Positions 10,980 to 18,973 of a stretch of DNA of 64,000 nucleotides are shown piece by piece. The DNA is from an uncultured Atopobiaceae bacterium (GTDB lineage: Bacteria > Actinomycetota > Coriobacteriia > Coriobacteriales > Atopobiaceae), in contig CAWVDR010000002.1 in assembly GCA_963928085.1 (NCBI GenBank), positions 497,398 to 561,397 of the forward strand, given 5' to 3'. The stretch's first letter is position 1. The number at the start of each line of letters is the position of its first letter. The notes beneath the pieces are model-generated. The model made no database searches. It worked only from the letters and a program-made list of their open reading frames with translations, and was not told the origin of the DNA. A program made the translations under genes and the position numbers.

Positions 10980-11243
10980 GTGCACTTTGACTACACCCCG
11001 CGCGGCGTCTGCTCGCGCTCCATCCACATTGACCTTTCCGATGACGGCAAGACCATCGAGCGGGTCTCCTTTGAGGGCGGCTGCAACGGTAACCTCAAGG
11101 CCGTGAGCAAGCTCGTGGCCGGTCACTCCGTCGACGAGATCGTGGGCATTCTCGCGGGCAATACCTGCGGCCCGCGCCCGACCTCGTGCGCCGACCAGCT
11201 CTCGCGCGCGCTGACCGAGGCCGCTGCGAGCGTCCAGGCCTAG
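10980..11243 (+). CDS. TSCPD-domain small protein (TIGR03905-like)
   Basis: 87 aa with a GTG start after GGAGAAGAAC. Contains GGCNGNLKAV ... TSCADQL. Confidence 0.7.
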   Translation: MHFDYTPRGVCSRSIHIDLSDDGKTIERVSFEGGCNGNLKAVSKLVAGHSVDEIVGILAGNTCGPRPTSCADQLSRALTEAAASVQA

Positions 11244-11245
11244 CC

Positions 11246-12448
11246 ATGCGCCTCCCGAGGCTGACGCGCCGCACCTTCCTCAAGACAGCCGCTGCCGGCA
11301 CGGTCGCCGCAGCGGCCGTGGGAGTTCTCTCCGGCTGCACGCACGACGACGACGAGGAGACCTCTGACCCCGTCGTGGTCGATGAGGACTCGGCGGAGAA
11401 CATCCTCGACACCTTCGAGTCGGTGGACCTCGCGCTCGTCGAGGAGGCCGCCTGGTCCTTCCCGCTCGGCAACGTGCTGCATCCGGCCGAGGGCACGTGG
11501 ATCCCCGTCACCACGGCGGGGTCGTCCGCCACGCCCATGGTGAAGGCGTCCACCCTCTCGCTCGCCTCGGGGCAGCTGGTCGAGGTCGTCTCGGAGCCCA
11601 TGGGACAGGCGGCGACGACGGTCATCTACGACGTCAGGTGCTCGGACTACGTCTTCGCATGGGTGGAGCTCGACCTCCAGTCGCGCGCTTGGTCCCTGTA
11701 CGGTGCCTCCTTCGCGGGGGGCGCCCTCGACGGCGACCCCGTGACCCTCTGGGAGGGCGACGCGGACTTCGACCCGGCGCCCTTTGCCGTTTCGGGCCGC
11801 TCGGTTATCTGGCAGGTCCAGCCGTCGACGAGCGGGTCGCGCACCACGGAGCACTCGTTCTGCTACCTGTGGCATCTCGGGGATGGCGAGGCCAAGGCTG
11901 TGGTCGAGTCGCCGGGGCGCTTTGCCACCGCGCTCAGCGTGTCTGGCGACGCAGTCGTGCTCACGCCGCGTGTACGCGCCGACGAGGGCATCTTCTACGG
12001 CGTGACCGCCTACTCGCTCTCCGACGACCTCGAGACGCGGCTCGATCAGCTGGTCATGCCCCAGAACGTCCGCCCCTTCCGCGCCACGCGCGTTGGCGAG
12101 CGGTTTCTCGTCTCGGTTGAGGCGAGCTACAGCACCGGCGGGCTTCTCGGGCAGATGGGAACCTACGTCGGGACGGCCGACGGTGGGTTCTTCCGCCTCA
12201 ACCGAGAGCCATCCGAGGTGGGGTGCGGCAGCGGCGACACGGTGATCATCAAGAGCCTGGCCTCGTATTTTGTCATCAACCTCGCAAAACGTCAGTACGC
12301 CGTGCTGGGCTCCGCCGACAGGTCGGTGGATTACGGCGACTACCCGGCCCGCGTGGGCGAGTGCGACCTCTTCGTCACCTATGCGACGGTCAAGGACGCC
12401 GACACGGGTTATCCGGCCACGGTCTCCGTACGCACCTTCCGCCTGTAA
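11246..12448 (+). CDS. Tat-signal lipoprotein of unknown function
   Basis: N-terminus MRLPRLTRRTFLKTAAAGTVAAAAVGVLSGC carries a twin-arginine motif and a lipobox. I recognised no domain. Confidence 0.6.
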   Translation: MRLPRLTRRTFLKTAAAGTVAAAAVGVLSGCTHDDDEETSDPVVVDEDSAENILDTFESVDLALVEEAAWSFPLGNVLHPAEGTWIPVTTAGSSATPMVKASTLSLASGQLVEVVSEPMGQAATTVIYDVRCSDYVFAWVELDLQSRAWSLYGASFAGGALDGDPVTLWEGDADFDPAPFAVSGRSVIWQVQPSTSGSRTTEHSFCYLWHLGDGEAKAVVESPGRFATALSVSGDAVVLTPRVRADEGIFYGVTAYSLSDDLETRLDQLVMPQNVRPFRATRVGERFLVSVEASYSTGGLLGQMGTYVGTADGGFFRLNREPSEVGCGSGDTVIIKSLASYFVINLAKRQYAVLGSADRSVDYGDYPARVGECDLFVTYATVKDADTGYPATVSVRTFRL

Positions 12449-12534
12449 GGACGAAACTCCCCCGTGCCGGTGGGGTACACTAATGACACTTACGGGCCGG
12501 GCATCGGCAACGCGAGAAACCCAGGGAGGCCAAG

Positions 12535-13257
12535 ATGGCTTCAGATGAGAAGAAGATTCTGCTGGTCGAGGACGAGAAGGCCATCCGTGACGCCGTCGCG
12601 GCGTATCTCGAGCGCGAGAACTACCTCGTTCGCGGCGTCGGGGACGGCCAGAGTGCCGTCGAGGAGTTCGAGAAGCACACCTTCGATCTGGTCATCCTGG
12701 ACCTGATGCTCCCCAAGCTTTCTGGAGAGCGCGTGTGCCGCGCCATCCGCGAGACCTCCAACGTACCCATCATCATGCTGACGGCGAAGGGCGAGGTCGA
12801 GGACCGCATCATCGGCCTGGAGCTCGGTGCGGACGACTACCTCATCAAGCCCTTCTCGCCGCGCGAGCTCGTGGCCCGCGTTCGCGCGCTGCTGCGCCGC
12901 GCTCACACCGAGGCGGAGCCCGCGCTCGAGACGCTCGACTTCGGCGACCTCGTAATCGACATCTCCGGTCACAAGGTGCTCGTGGAGGGCAAGGAGGTTG
13001 ACCTTACCGCCTCCGAGTTCAAGCTGCTCACCACCCTCGCGCGCTACCCGGGTCGTGTCTACACTCGCATGGAGCTCGTCGAGAAGGTCCTCGGCTACGA
13101 CTTCGAGGGCTACGAGCGCACGATTGACTCCCACGTCAAGAACCTGCGCGCCAAGCTGGGCGACGACCCGCGCAACCCGCGCTGGCTCTACACCGTCCAC
13201 GGGGTGGGCTACCGCTTCGAGGCCCCGGAGAAGCCGGCCGAGAACGCCGCCAAGTAG
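12535..13257 (+). CDS. OmpR/PhoB-family response regulator
   Basis: Receiver domain (LLVEDEKAIRD ... DLVILDLMLP) plus a winged-helix domain (YTVHGVGYRF). Confidence 0.9.
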   Translation: MASDEKKILLVEDEKAIRDAVAAYLERENYLVRGVGDGQSAVEEFEKHTFDLVILDLMLPKLSGERVCRAIRETSNVPIIMLTAKGEVEDRIIGLELGADDYLIKPFSPRELVARVRALLRRAHTEAEPALETLDFGDLVIDISGHKVLVEGKEVDLTASEFKLLTTLARYPGRVYTRMELVEKVLGYDFEGYERTIDSHVKNLRAKLGDDPRNPRWLYTVHGVGYRFEAPEKPAENAAK

Positions 13258-13266
13258 GAAGAGAAC

Positions 13267-14796
13267 ATGTCGGCTCGATTCGTCACCGGGGAGCGGGCGC
13301 ACGTCGAGGACAGCGACGGGCGGCCCGCTTCCTCGTATGGAAGCTGGAACACCATCAAGCGTCGTCCCAAGCGCGGTCGTCCCTATGTGACGAGCCTCAC
13401 CTTCGCCTTTGCCCTCACGGCCATCATGACCGCGCTCGTGCTCGTGGTGGTGCTGGCGGTCGTGTGGGAAGGCCAGTTCATGGCCTACACGCGCCAGAAC
13501 ATGCAAGGGCTCGCGGACTCCACGGCCGCTGCCATCTCCGAGGCGTATGCGGAGGAGGGCGAGCTGGACGAGGAGGTTGCGTCCGTCGCGGCATCCGCGT
13601 CGGCCGTCTCGTCGGAGATTGTGGTCCAGGTCACCACTACCGACGGGAAAGTCCTCTACGACGACACGTGGGCGACTTCCTCGGGTCGCGTCTCGGGCGT
13701 CGCCGACGGTGGGCGTCGCGTTTCCGCAACGGTCCCGACCGCGGAAAACGCGACCGTGAGCTCGGTGATCACGGCTCCAAGCGGTAAGGTCGTGGGAACC
13801 GTCCGGCTCTGGGCCCTTGGGTCCGAGGCGCTGCTCACCAAGGCAGACGCCGCCTTCAGAACCAACTCATACGGCGCAATCGCCACCGCCGCAGCCATCG
13901 CAGCGATTATCGCCTGCGTGATCGGCTACTTTGTATCGCGCGCCATCTCACGTCCCATCCAGCGCATCACCTCAACGGCCAAGCAGATCAGAAACGGCGA
14001 CCTCACCGCTCGTTCCAAGGTAACGGGCACCGACGAGGTGGGTCAGCTCGGGGAGACGTTCGATGACATGGCGGGCACAATCGAGCGGGACCTCAAGCTC
14101 GAGCATCGTCTAACGGGCGACGTTGCCCACGAACTGCGCACGCCCCTCATGGCGATGCAGGCCACGGTCGAGGCCATGCAGGACGGAGTGCTCCCCGCGG
14201 ACGACGAGCATCTTGAGGTGGTCGCTGCCGAGGTGCGTCGACTTTCCCGCCTGATTGATGCGATGCTCAAGCTCTCTCGTCTCGAGAACGGGACGACGGA
14301 GCTGAAGGCAGAGCGGACGGACCTCGTCTACCTGGTGAAGAGCCTCGTCTCCTCGCAGCACCAGCTCTTCCATGAGAAGGGCCTCCACCTGCGCTTTGTT
14401 GACGAGACGTCCCATGGAGAGCTCAACGCGGACGTGGATCCCGACCTGCTGCGCGAGGCCATCGTCAACCTCATGAGCAACGCGATGCGCTACACCAACG
14501 CGGACGGGTGGGTGAAGGTGTCCCTGCGACAGGACCACTCCGACGCGCTCATCGCCGTGCAGGACACGGGCATCGGTATCGCCAAGGAGGACATCCCGCA
14601 GACGTTCGCCCGCTTCTGGCGCTCCGACGTGAGCCGCGAGCGCGTCTCGGGCGGCCTGGGCGTGGGCCTGGCCATCACCAAGGAAATCGTCGACCGCCAC
14701 AACGGCACCATCCTCGTCGAGTCCGAGCTCGGCCGCGGCACCACCTTCACGCTGCGCATCCCGCTTCGCAGCGCGCGCAAGCAGCAGGACTGGTAG
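13267..14796 (+). CDS. Sensor histidine kinase (HAMP-HisKA-HATPase)
   Basis: H-box VAHELRTPL, plus N, G1 and G2 boxes (QDTGIGI, GGLGVGLAI). Two TM segments. Confidence 0.9.
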   Translation: MSARFVTGERAHVEDSDGRPASSYGSWNTIKRRPKRGRPYVTSLTFAFALTAIMTALVLVVVLAVVWEGQFMAYTRQNMQGLADSTAAAISEAYAEEGELDEEVASVAASASAVSSEIVVQVTTTDGKVLYDDTWATSSGRVSGVADGGRRVSATVPTAENATVSSVITAPSGKVVGTVRLWALGSEALLTKADAAFRTNSYGAIATAAAIAAIIACVIGYFVSRAISRPIQRITSTAKQIRNGDLTARSKVTGTDEVGQLGETFDDMAGTIERDLKLEHRLTGDVAHELRTPLMAMQATVEAMQDGVLPADDEHLEVVAAEVRRLSRLIDAMLKLSRLENGTTELKAERTDLVYLVKSLVSSQHQLFHEKGLHLRFVDETSHGELNADVDPDLLREAIVNLMSNAMRYTNADGWVKVSLRQDHSDALIAVQDTGIGIAKEDIPQTFARFWRSDVSRERVSGGLGVGLAITKEIVDRHNGTILVESELGRGTTFTLRIPLRSARKQQDW

Positions 14797-14803
14797 GCTT
14801 CGG

Positions 14804-14887
14804 GTGGCCCGCCGAGAGGTCACCTCCCCGCTCAGACAGCTTGCTGGCGCAAGAACTCGCGGATGAGATGACCTCTCGGCGGGCCAC
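14804..14887. repeat. ~84-bp TIR-bounded element, copy A
   Basis: 19-bp termini GTGGCCCGCCGAGAGGTCA / TGACCTCTCGGCGGGCCAC around a 46-nt core. Confidence 0.6.
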
Positions 14888-14904
14888 GCAAGGATACCGT
14901 TGCT

Positions 14905-14989
14905 GAGGTCGTCCGGAGGTTATGCTCATCCGCGAGTTCTTCGCGCAGCGAAGCTGTCTGAGCGGGGAGTATAACCTCCGGACGACCTC
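14905..14989. repeat. ~85-bp TIR-bounded element, copy B (inverted relative to copy A)
   Basis: 19-bp termini GAGGTCGTCCGGAGGTTAT / ATAACCTCCGGACGACCTC. The core is the reverse complement of the copy A core at about 85 percent identity. Confidence 0.6.
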
Positions 14990-15042
14990 CGGGTGACGTA
15001 TACTAAGGAGTTGTGACTTGACGCTTAGGAAAGGTGGCCGGA

Positions 15043-15927
15043 ATGGCTGAGATGGAACTTCGCCCGGATTCGCATGGCAAGGTCCGCGACATCTACGACT
15101 GCGGTGACAGCCTGCTCATGGTTGCGTCTGACCGCATCAGTGCCTACGACTTCATCCTGCCCGACGAGATCCCCTACAAGGGCGAGATCCTCACACGCAT
15201 CTCCGCGTTCTGGTTCGAGCGCTTCGCCGACCTCATTCCCAACCACATGATCTCCTGCGACGTGGCCGACCTCCCCGAGGAGTTCAAGCCCTATGCGGAT
15301 TACCTCGCCGGCCGCTCGATGCTGGTCAAGAAGGCCCAGACCGTGCCCATCGAGTGCATAGTTCGCGGCTACCTGACCGGCTCCGGCAAGAAGACCTACG
15401 ACGAGGACGGCACCGTCTGCGGCATCAAGCTGCCTGACGGCCTGACCGAGGCCTCCAAGCTCCCCGAGCCGATCTTCACCCCGTCCACCAAGGCGGAGCT
15501 GGGCGACCACGACGAGAACATTTCCTTCGAGCGCTGCTGCGAGATCGTGGGCACCGACGTGGCCGAGCAGCTGCGCGACGCCTCGCTCGCCATCTACAAG
15601 GCTGCGGCAGACTACGCCGCCGAGCAGGGCATCATCATCGCCGACACCAAGTTCGAGTTCGGCTTCATCGACGGAAAGCTCACCCTCATCGACGAATGCC
15701 TCACGCCTGACTCCAGCCGCTTCTGGCCGGCCGAGGGCTACGAGGAGGGCAAGGTCCAGCCGAGCTACGACAAGCAGTACGTCCGCGACTGGCTGCGCGC
15801 CAACTGGGACATGACCGGCGAGCCGCCGCGCATCCCCGCCGACGTCATCAAGGGCACCTCCGATCGCTATCAGGAGGCCTTCCAGATCATCACCGGCAGC
15901 GCCTTCGCGCCCGCCCGCACCAAGTAA
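15043..15927 (+). CDS. purC: SAICAR synthetase
   Basis: Sequence GKVRDIYDCGDSLLMVASDRISAYD. ATG at 15043 after AGGAAAGG. Confidence 0.9.
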   Translation: MAEMELRPDSHGKVRDIYDCGDSLLMVASDRISAYDFILPDEIPYKGEILTRISAFWFERFADLIPNHMISCDVADLPEEFKPYADYLAGRSMLVKKAQTVPIECIVRGYLTGSGKKTYDEDGTVCGIKLPDGLTEASKLPEPIFTPSTKAELGDHDENISFERCCEIVGTDVAEQLRDASLAIYKAAADYAAEQGIIIADTKFEFGFIDGKLTLIDECLTPDSSRFWPAEGYEEGKVQPSYDKQYVRDWLRANWDMTGEPPRIPADVIKGTSDRYQEAFQIITGSAFAPARTK

Positions 15928-15935
15928 GGAGCCGT

Positions 15936-16574
15936 ATGTCACTGCGAGACACCATCGAGGGAGCTCGTCGCGAGGCCGAGGGCAACGTCGTCGGCCGCCC
16001 GAAGAAGGAGGTCGAGTCCCTCGTCGGCGATGACGAGAGGAAGGGCTTCTCGCGCAGCTCCGCCGCGAAGGCGCGTCCCGCCCGCGAGGCCGCCGCGTCC
16101 GTGCGCACCGCCGCCAAGCCCAGCTCCGGCGTCCTGGGCAAGTCCGAGACCAAGGAGGAGAAGCGCGACCGCAAGCGTCGCGAGCGCGAGGAGAGCGACC
16201 TCAAGACCCGTGCCTATGACCTCGTCCTGAGAAACATGCCCGAGTATCGCCGTACGGATCGAATCTTCTGGATCGTCGTGGGCGTGGGCATGGCGTTCGC
16301 CATCGTCTCCCTCGTGGGAATGTACGCCTTCGGCAACGAGGTGGACATCACCACCGTTCAGGGCATGGTCGCCTCCGGATCGCTGCTGGTTGCCTATGCG
16401 TGCATCATCGGCGCCATCATCTACGACTTCGTCAAGCGCCGGCCGTTCCGCAAGCAGGCCCAGGCCAGCGTCAACGGTCTCTCCGAGAAGCGCCTGGTGG
16501 AGCTTTTCGAGCAGGAGCGCGCCAAGCAGCTCGCTCGCAAGGCCGCCAAGGAGGCCCGCCGCAAGAGCAAGTAG
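15936..16574 (+). CDS. Hypothetical membrane protein with charged K/R/E-rich termini
   Basis: 212 aa with two predicted TM helices (IFWIVVGVGMAFAIVSLVG and SGSLLVAYACIIGAIIY). Confidence 0.55.
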   Translation: MSLRDTIEGARREAEGNVVGRPKKEVESLVGDDERKGFSRSSAAKARPAREAAASVRTAAKPSSGVLGKSETKEEKRDRKRREREESDLKTRAYDLVLRNMPEYRRTDRIFWIVVGVGMAFAIVSLVGMYAFGNEVDITTVQGMVASGSLLVAYACIIGAIIYDFVKRRPFRKQAQASVNGLSEKRLVELFEQERAKQLARKAAKEARRKSK

Positions 16575-16577
16575 CTT

Positions 16578-16606
16578 TTGTCGGCATCTCGGTCAGGTGA
16601 TAGAAT
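16578..16606 (+). promoter_or_regulatory. Candidate promoter for tRNA-Arg (TTGTCG-N17-TAGAAT)
   Basis: Spacing is consensus-like and the -10 element ends 9 nt before the tRNA 5' end. Confidence 0.5.
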
Positions 16607-16615
16607 GACCACCAT

Positions 16616-16691
16616 GCCTTCGTAGCTCAGGGGATAGAGCACCGCTCTCCTAAAGCGGGTGTCGGCCGTTCGAATCGGCCCGGGGGCACCA
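16616..16691 (+). tRNA. tRNA-Arg (anticodon CCT), CCA encoded
   Basis: Anticodon stem CCGCT/AGCGG, loop CTCCTAA, T-loop GTTCGAATC. The acceptor stem has two G-U pairs. Confidence 0.85.
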
Positions 16692-16701
16692 GAAAAGACA
16701 A

Positions 16702-16735
16702 GCGGCCCAGACGCAATTGCGCCTGGGCCGCTTTG
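16702..16735. terminator. Bidirectional terminator hairpin between tRNA-Arg and pknB
   Basis: GCGGCCCAGACGC-AATT-GCGCCTGGGCCGC followed by TTTG. Confidence 0.6.
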
Positions 16736-16890
16736 TGTGACGAGTCGTCGGGTTTGTCGGCCACCCAACGCGATGCCGCGACGCCCCCAGCAGACTGTCG
16801 GTTTTGGTTGCTCAGGACGCGATAATCCCGTCTGCGACGCGCAGAAAGCGACAGTTTGCTAAGAGAGGGCGGCGAGGCCGGTGCGTGAAA

Positions 16891-18873
16891 TCACTCCTGG
16901 ACGGTCGTCCCGCCGCCGTTGGTCGTACTGTTGCCGTCGCCCGACGGAACGTCGGTGCCCGTCTCGGGCTGCTGCGGCTCCTGCTGTTGCTGCGCCTCGG
17001 TCGTGAGAGTGATCGTTGCCCCGTAGGGTGCCGAGCCAATCTCGGACTGGGAGACCACGATGCCGTCGCTCGGACCGGCGATGACGACATAGAAGCCACT
17101 ATTGGTGAGTGCCGTGCTCGCCTGGCTGCCGGTCCAGCCCCTGACGTCGGTCACACTGACGTACTGCACGCCGATGGACACGGTGATGGTCACCGTGGAG
17201 CCGGCGGCGGCCGTCTCTCCGACGCCGGGATAGACGTCGATGACCGTTCCCTCCGGAGAGGTGGAGTACTGCTCGCTCACGCTGACCTCAAAGCCCTCGT
17301 CCTCGAGACGCTGGGTCGCGCTCGACTGCGAGTCGCCAATGACGTTGGGGATGACCTTCTGCCCCGCGCCGCTCGAGATGTGGTAGGTGATGGTGGTGCC
17401 GGCGTCCACCTTGGCGCCGGGCTCGGTGTCCTGCGAGGAGACGCGACCCTCGTCAATCTCGTCGCTCTCCTCGTCGGTTCCGCGGTTGCCTGCGAGGTTG
17501 GCGTCCTTGAGCGCCTGCTCGGCCTCCTCCTGGGTCTTGTTGCGCAGGTCGGGAACGACGACCTGCTCGATGGGGGTGGGTCCGTTGGAGACCTTGAAGT
17601 TGATGGTGCTACCCTCGGGCATCTCGCGATAGGCGGCCGGGTCCTGCTCGCAGACGATGCCCTTCTCGACCGTGTCGTTGTAGGTGTACTCGGGCTCGCC
17701 GGCGACAAAGCCGTTTGCCTCGATTTGCTCGATTGCCTCGTCGACCGGGATGTTGGTGATGTTTGGCACCGTCCTCATCTCGGTGCCAGAGCCGATCACT
17801 GCGACGATGGCGGCTATGACCAGCGCGATGACGGCGATGCCGCCGATGACGCCGAGAATGACGCTGCGACGATGCTTGCGCTGGCGTTCGGCCTCCTCCT
17901 CGGCCGCCTGCGCAGTGGCGCTCTGCGCGTAGAAGCGCCCGGTGCGCTCCGTGCGCGGCATGGTGGCCGTGCCGCCCCCCATGGGCTTAGCGCCTCGCTC
18001 GAGCTTGTTCGTCGGCTGTACGGGGAGCATGGCGGTGGCGGAGTTGACGGCCTGCATGCGTCCGGCAAGGTAGTCGCGTAGCGTGCGGTAGAGCTCGTCG
18101 GCCGTCTGGAAGCGGTCGGCGGGGCTCTTCTGCATGCACTTGAGGATAATGGCCTCGAGCTGCGGATCGACGTTGGGGTTGAGCTGGCTGGGCGGCTTGG
18201 GCTGCTCGCTCACCTGCTTGAGGGCCACCGAGATGGCGTCGTCGCCCTGGAAGGGGACCTGGCCCGTCGCCGCCTCGTACATGACGATGCCGAGCGAGTA
18301 GATGTCGGTGGTGGGCCCGAGCTCCTTGCCCTGCGTCTGCTCGGGGGAGACGTAGTGCGCGGTGCCGAGCACGGAGTTGTCCTGCGTGAGGTGGCTGTTC
18401 TTGGCGCGCGCGATGCCGAAGTCCATCACCTTGATGTTGCCGTCGGGCTGCACCATGATGTTCTGCGGCTTGATGTCGCGATGGATGATGTCGTGCTTGT
18501 GGGCCACCGAGAGCGCCTGCGCGATCTGGGAGCCGATCTGGGCGACCTTCTTGCAGTCGAGCGCGCCGTGCTTGCGGATGCCGCTCTTGAGGTCGGTGCC
18601 GCGCAGGTACTCCATGACGATGTAGTACGTGTCCGCGTCCTTGCCCCAGTCGTATACGCTCACGATGTAGGGGCTCTGCAGCGCGGCCGCCGCCTGGGCC
18701 TCCTGCTTGAAGCGCGCTGCGAACGAGGGGTCGTTGGCGTACTGAGGGAGCATGGTCTTTATCGCCACAGTGCGTCCGAGGACCTCGTCGAGGCCGCGGT
18801 AGACCGTGGCCATGCCGCCCGCGCCGATCTTGTCCTGAACCTGGTAGCGTCCGCCAAGTAGCATCGCTGACAT
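16891..18873 (-). CDS. pknB: Ser/Thr protein kinase with four PASTA repeats
   Basis: ATG at 18873 after AGGAGAG. Kinase domain (GAGGMATVYRG ... HRDIKPQN ... DFGIA), one TM segment, and four PASTA-like repeats. Confidence 0.9.
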   Translation of the reverse strand: MSAMLLGGRYQVQDKIGAGGMATVYRGLDEVLGRTVAIKTMLPQYANDPSFAARFKQEAQAAAALQSPYIVSVYDWGKDADTYYIVMEYLRGTDLKSGIRKHGALDCKKVAQIGSQIAQALSVAHKHDIIHRDIKPQNIMVQPDGNIKVMDFGIARAKNSHLTQDNSVLGTAHYVSPEQTQGKELGPTTDIYSLGIVMYEAATGQVPFQGDDAISVALKQVSEQPKPPSQLNPNVDPQLEAIILKCMQKSPADRFQTADELYRTLRDYLAGRMQAVNSATAMLPVQPTNKLERGAKPMGGGTATMPRTERTGRFYAQSATAQAAEEEAERQRKHRRSVILGVIGGIAVIALVIAAIVAVIGSGTEMRTVPNITNIPVDEAIEQIEANGFVAGEPEYTYNDTVEKGIVCEQDPAAYREMPEGSTINFKVSNGPTPIEQVVVPDLRNKTQEEAEQALKDANLAGNRGTDEESDEIDEGRVSSQDTEPGAKVDAGTTITYHISSGAGQKVIPNVIGDSQSSATQRLEDEGFEVSVSEQYSTSPEGTVIDVYPGVGETAAAGSTVTITVSIGVQYVSVTDVRGWTGSQASTALTNSGFYVVIAGPSDGIVVSQSEIGSAPYGATITLTTEAQQQQEPQQPETGTDVPSGDGNSTTNGGGTTVQE

Positions 18874-18973
18874 CGTCTCTCCTATCTCATGCGGCAGTTG
18901 TCCGCGTAATCTCGTATCGTGCGGGAGCTCGGGGCGCCGTCGCCCGCTTCCGAGGGTGGTCGTCTCATCTCCA

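Noticed and set aside
14797-15042. ZTP (pfl) or other purine-related riboswitch upstream of purC
   Set aside because: I could not find the conserved ZTP elements (the GGGTCGTGAC-type and CCGCCTGGGC-type segments). The region is better explained by two copies of a TIR-bounded repeat.
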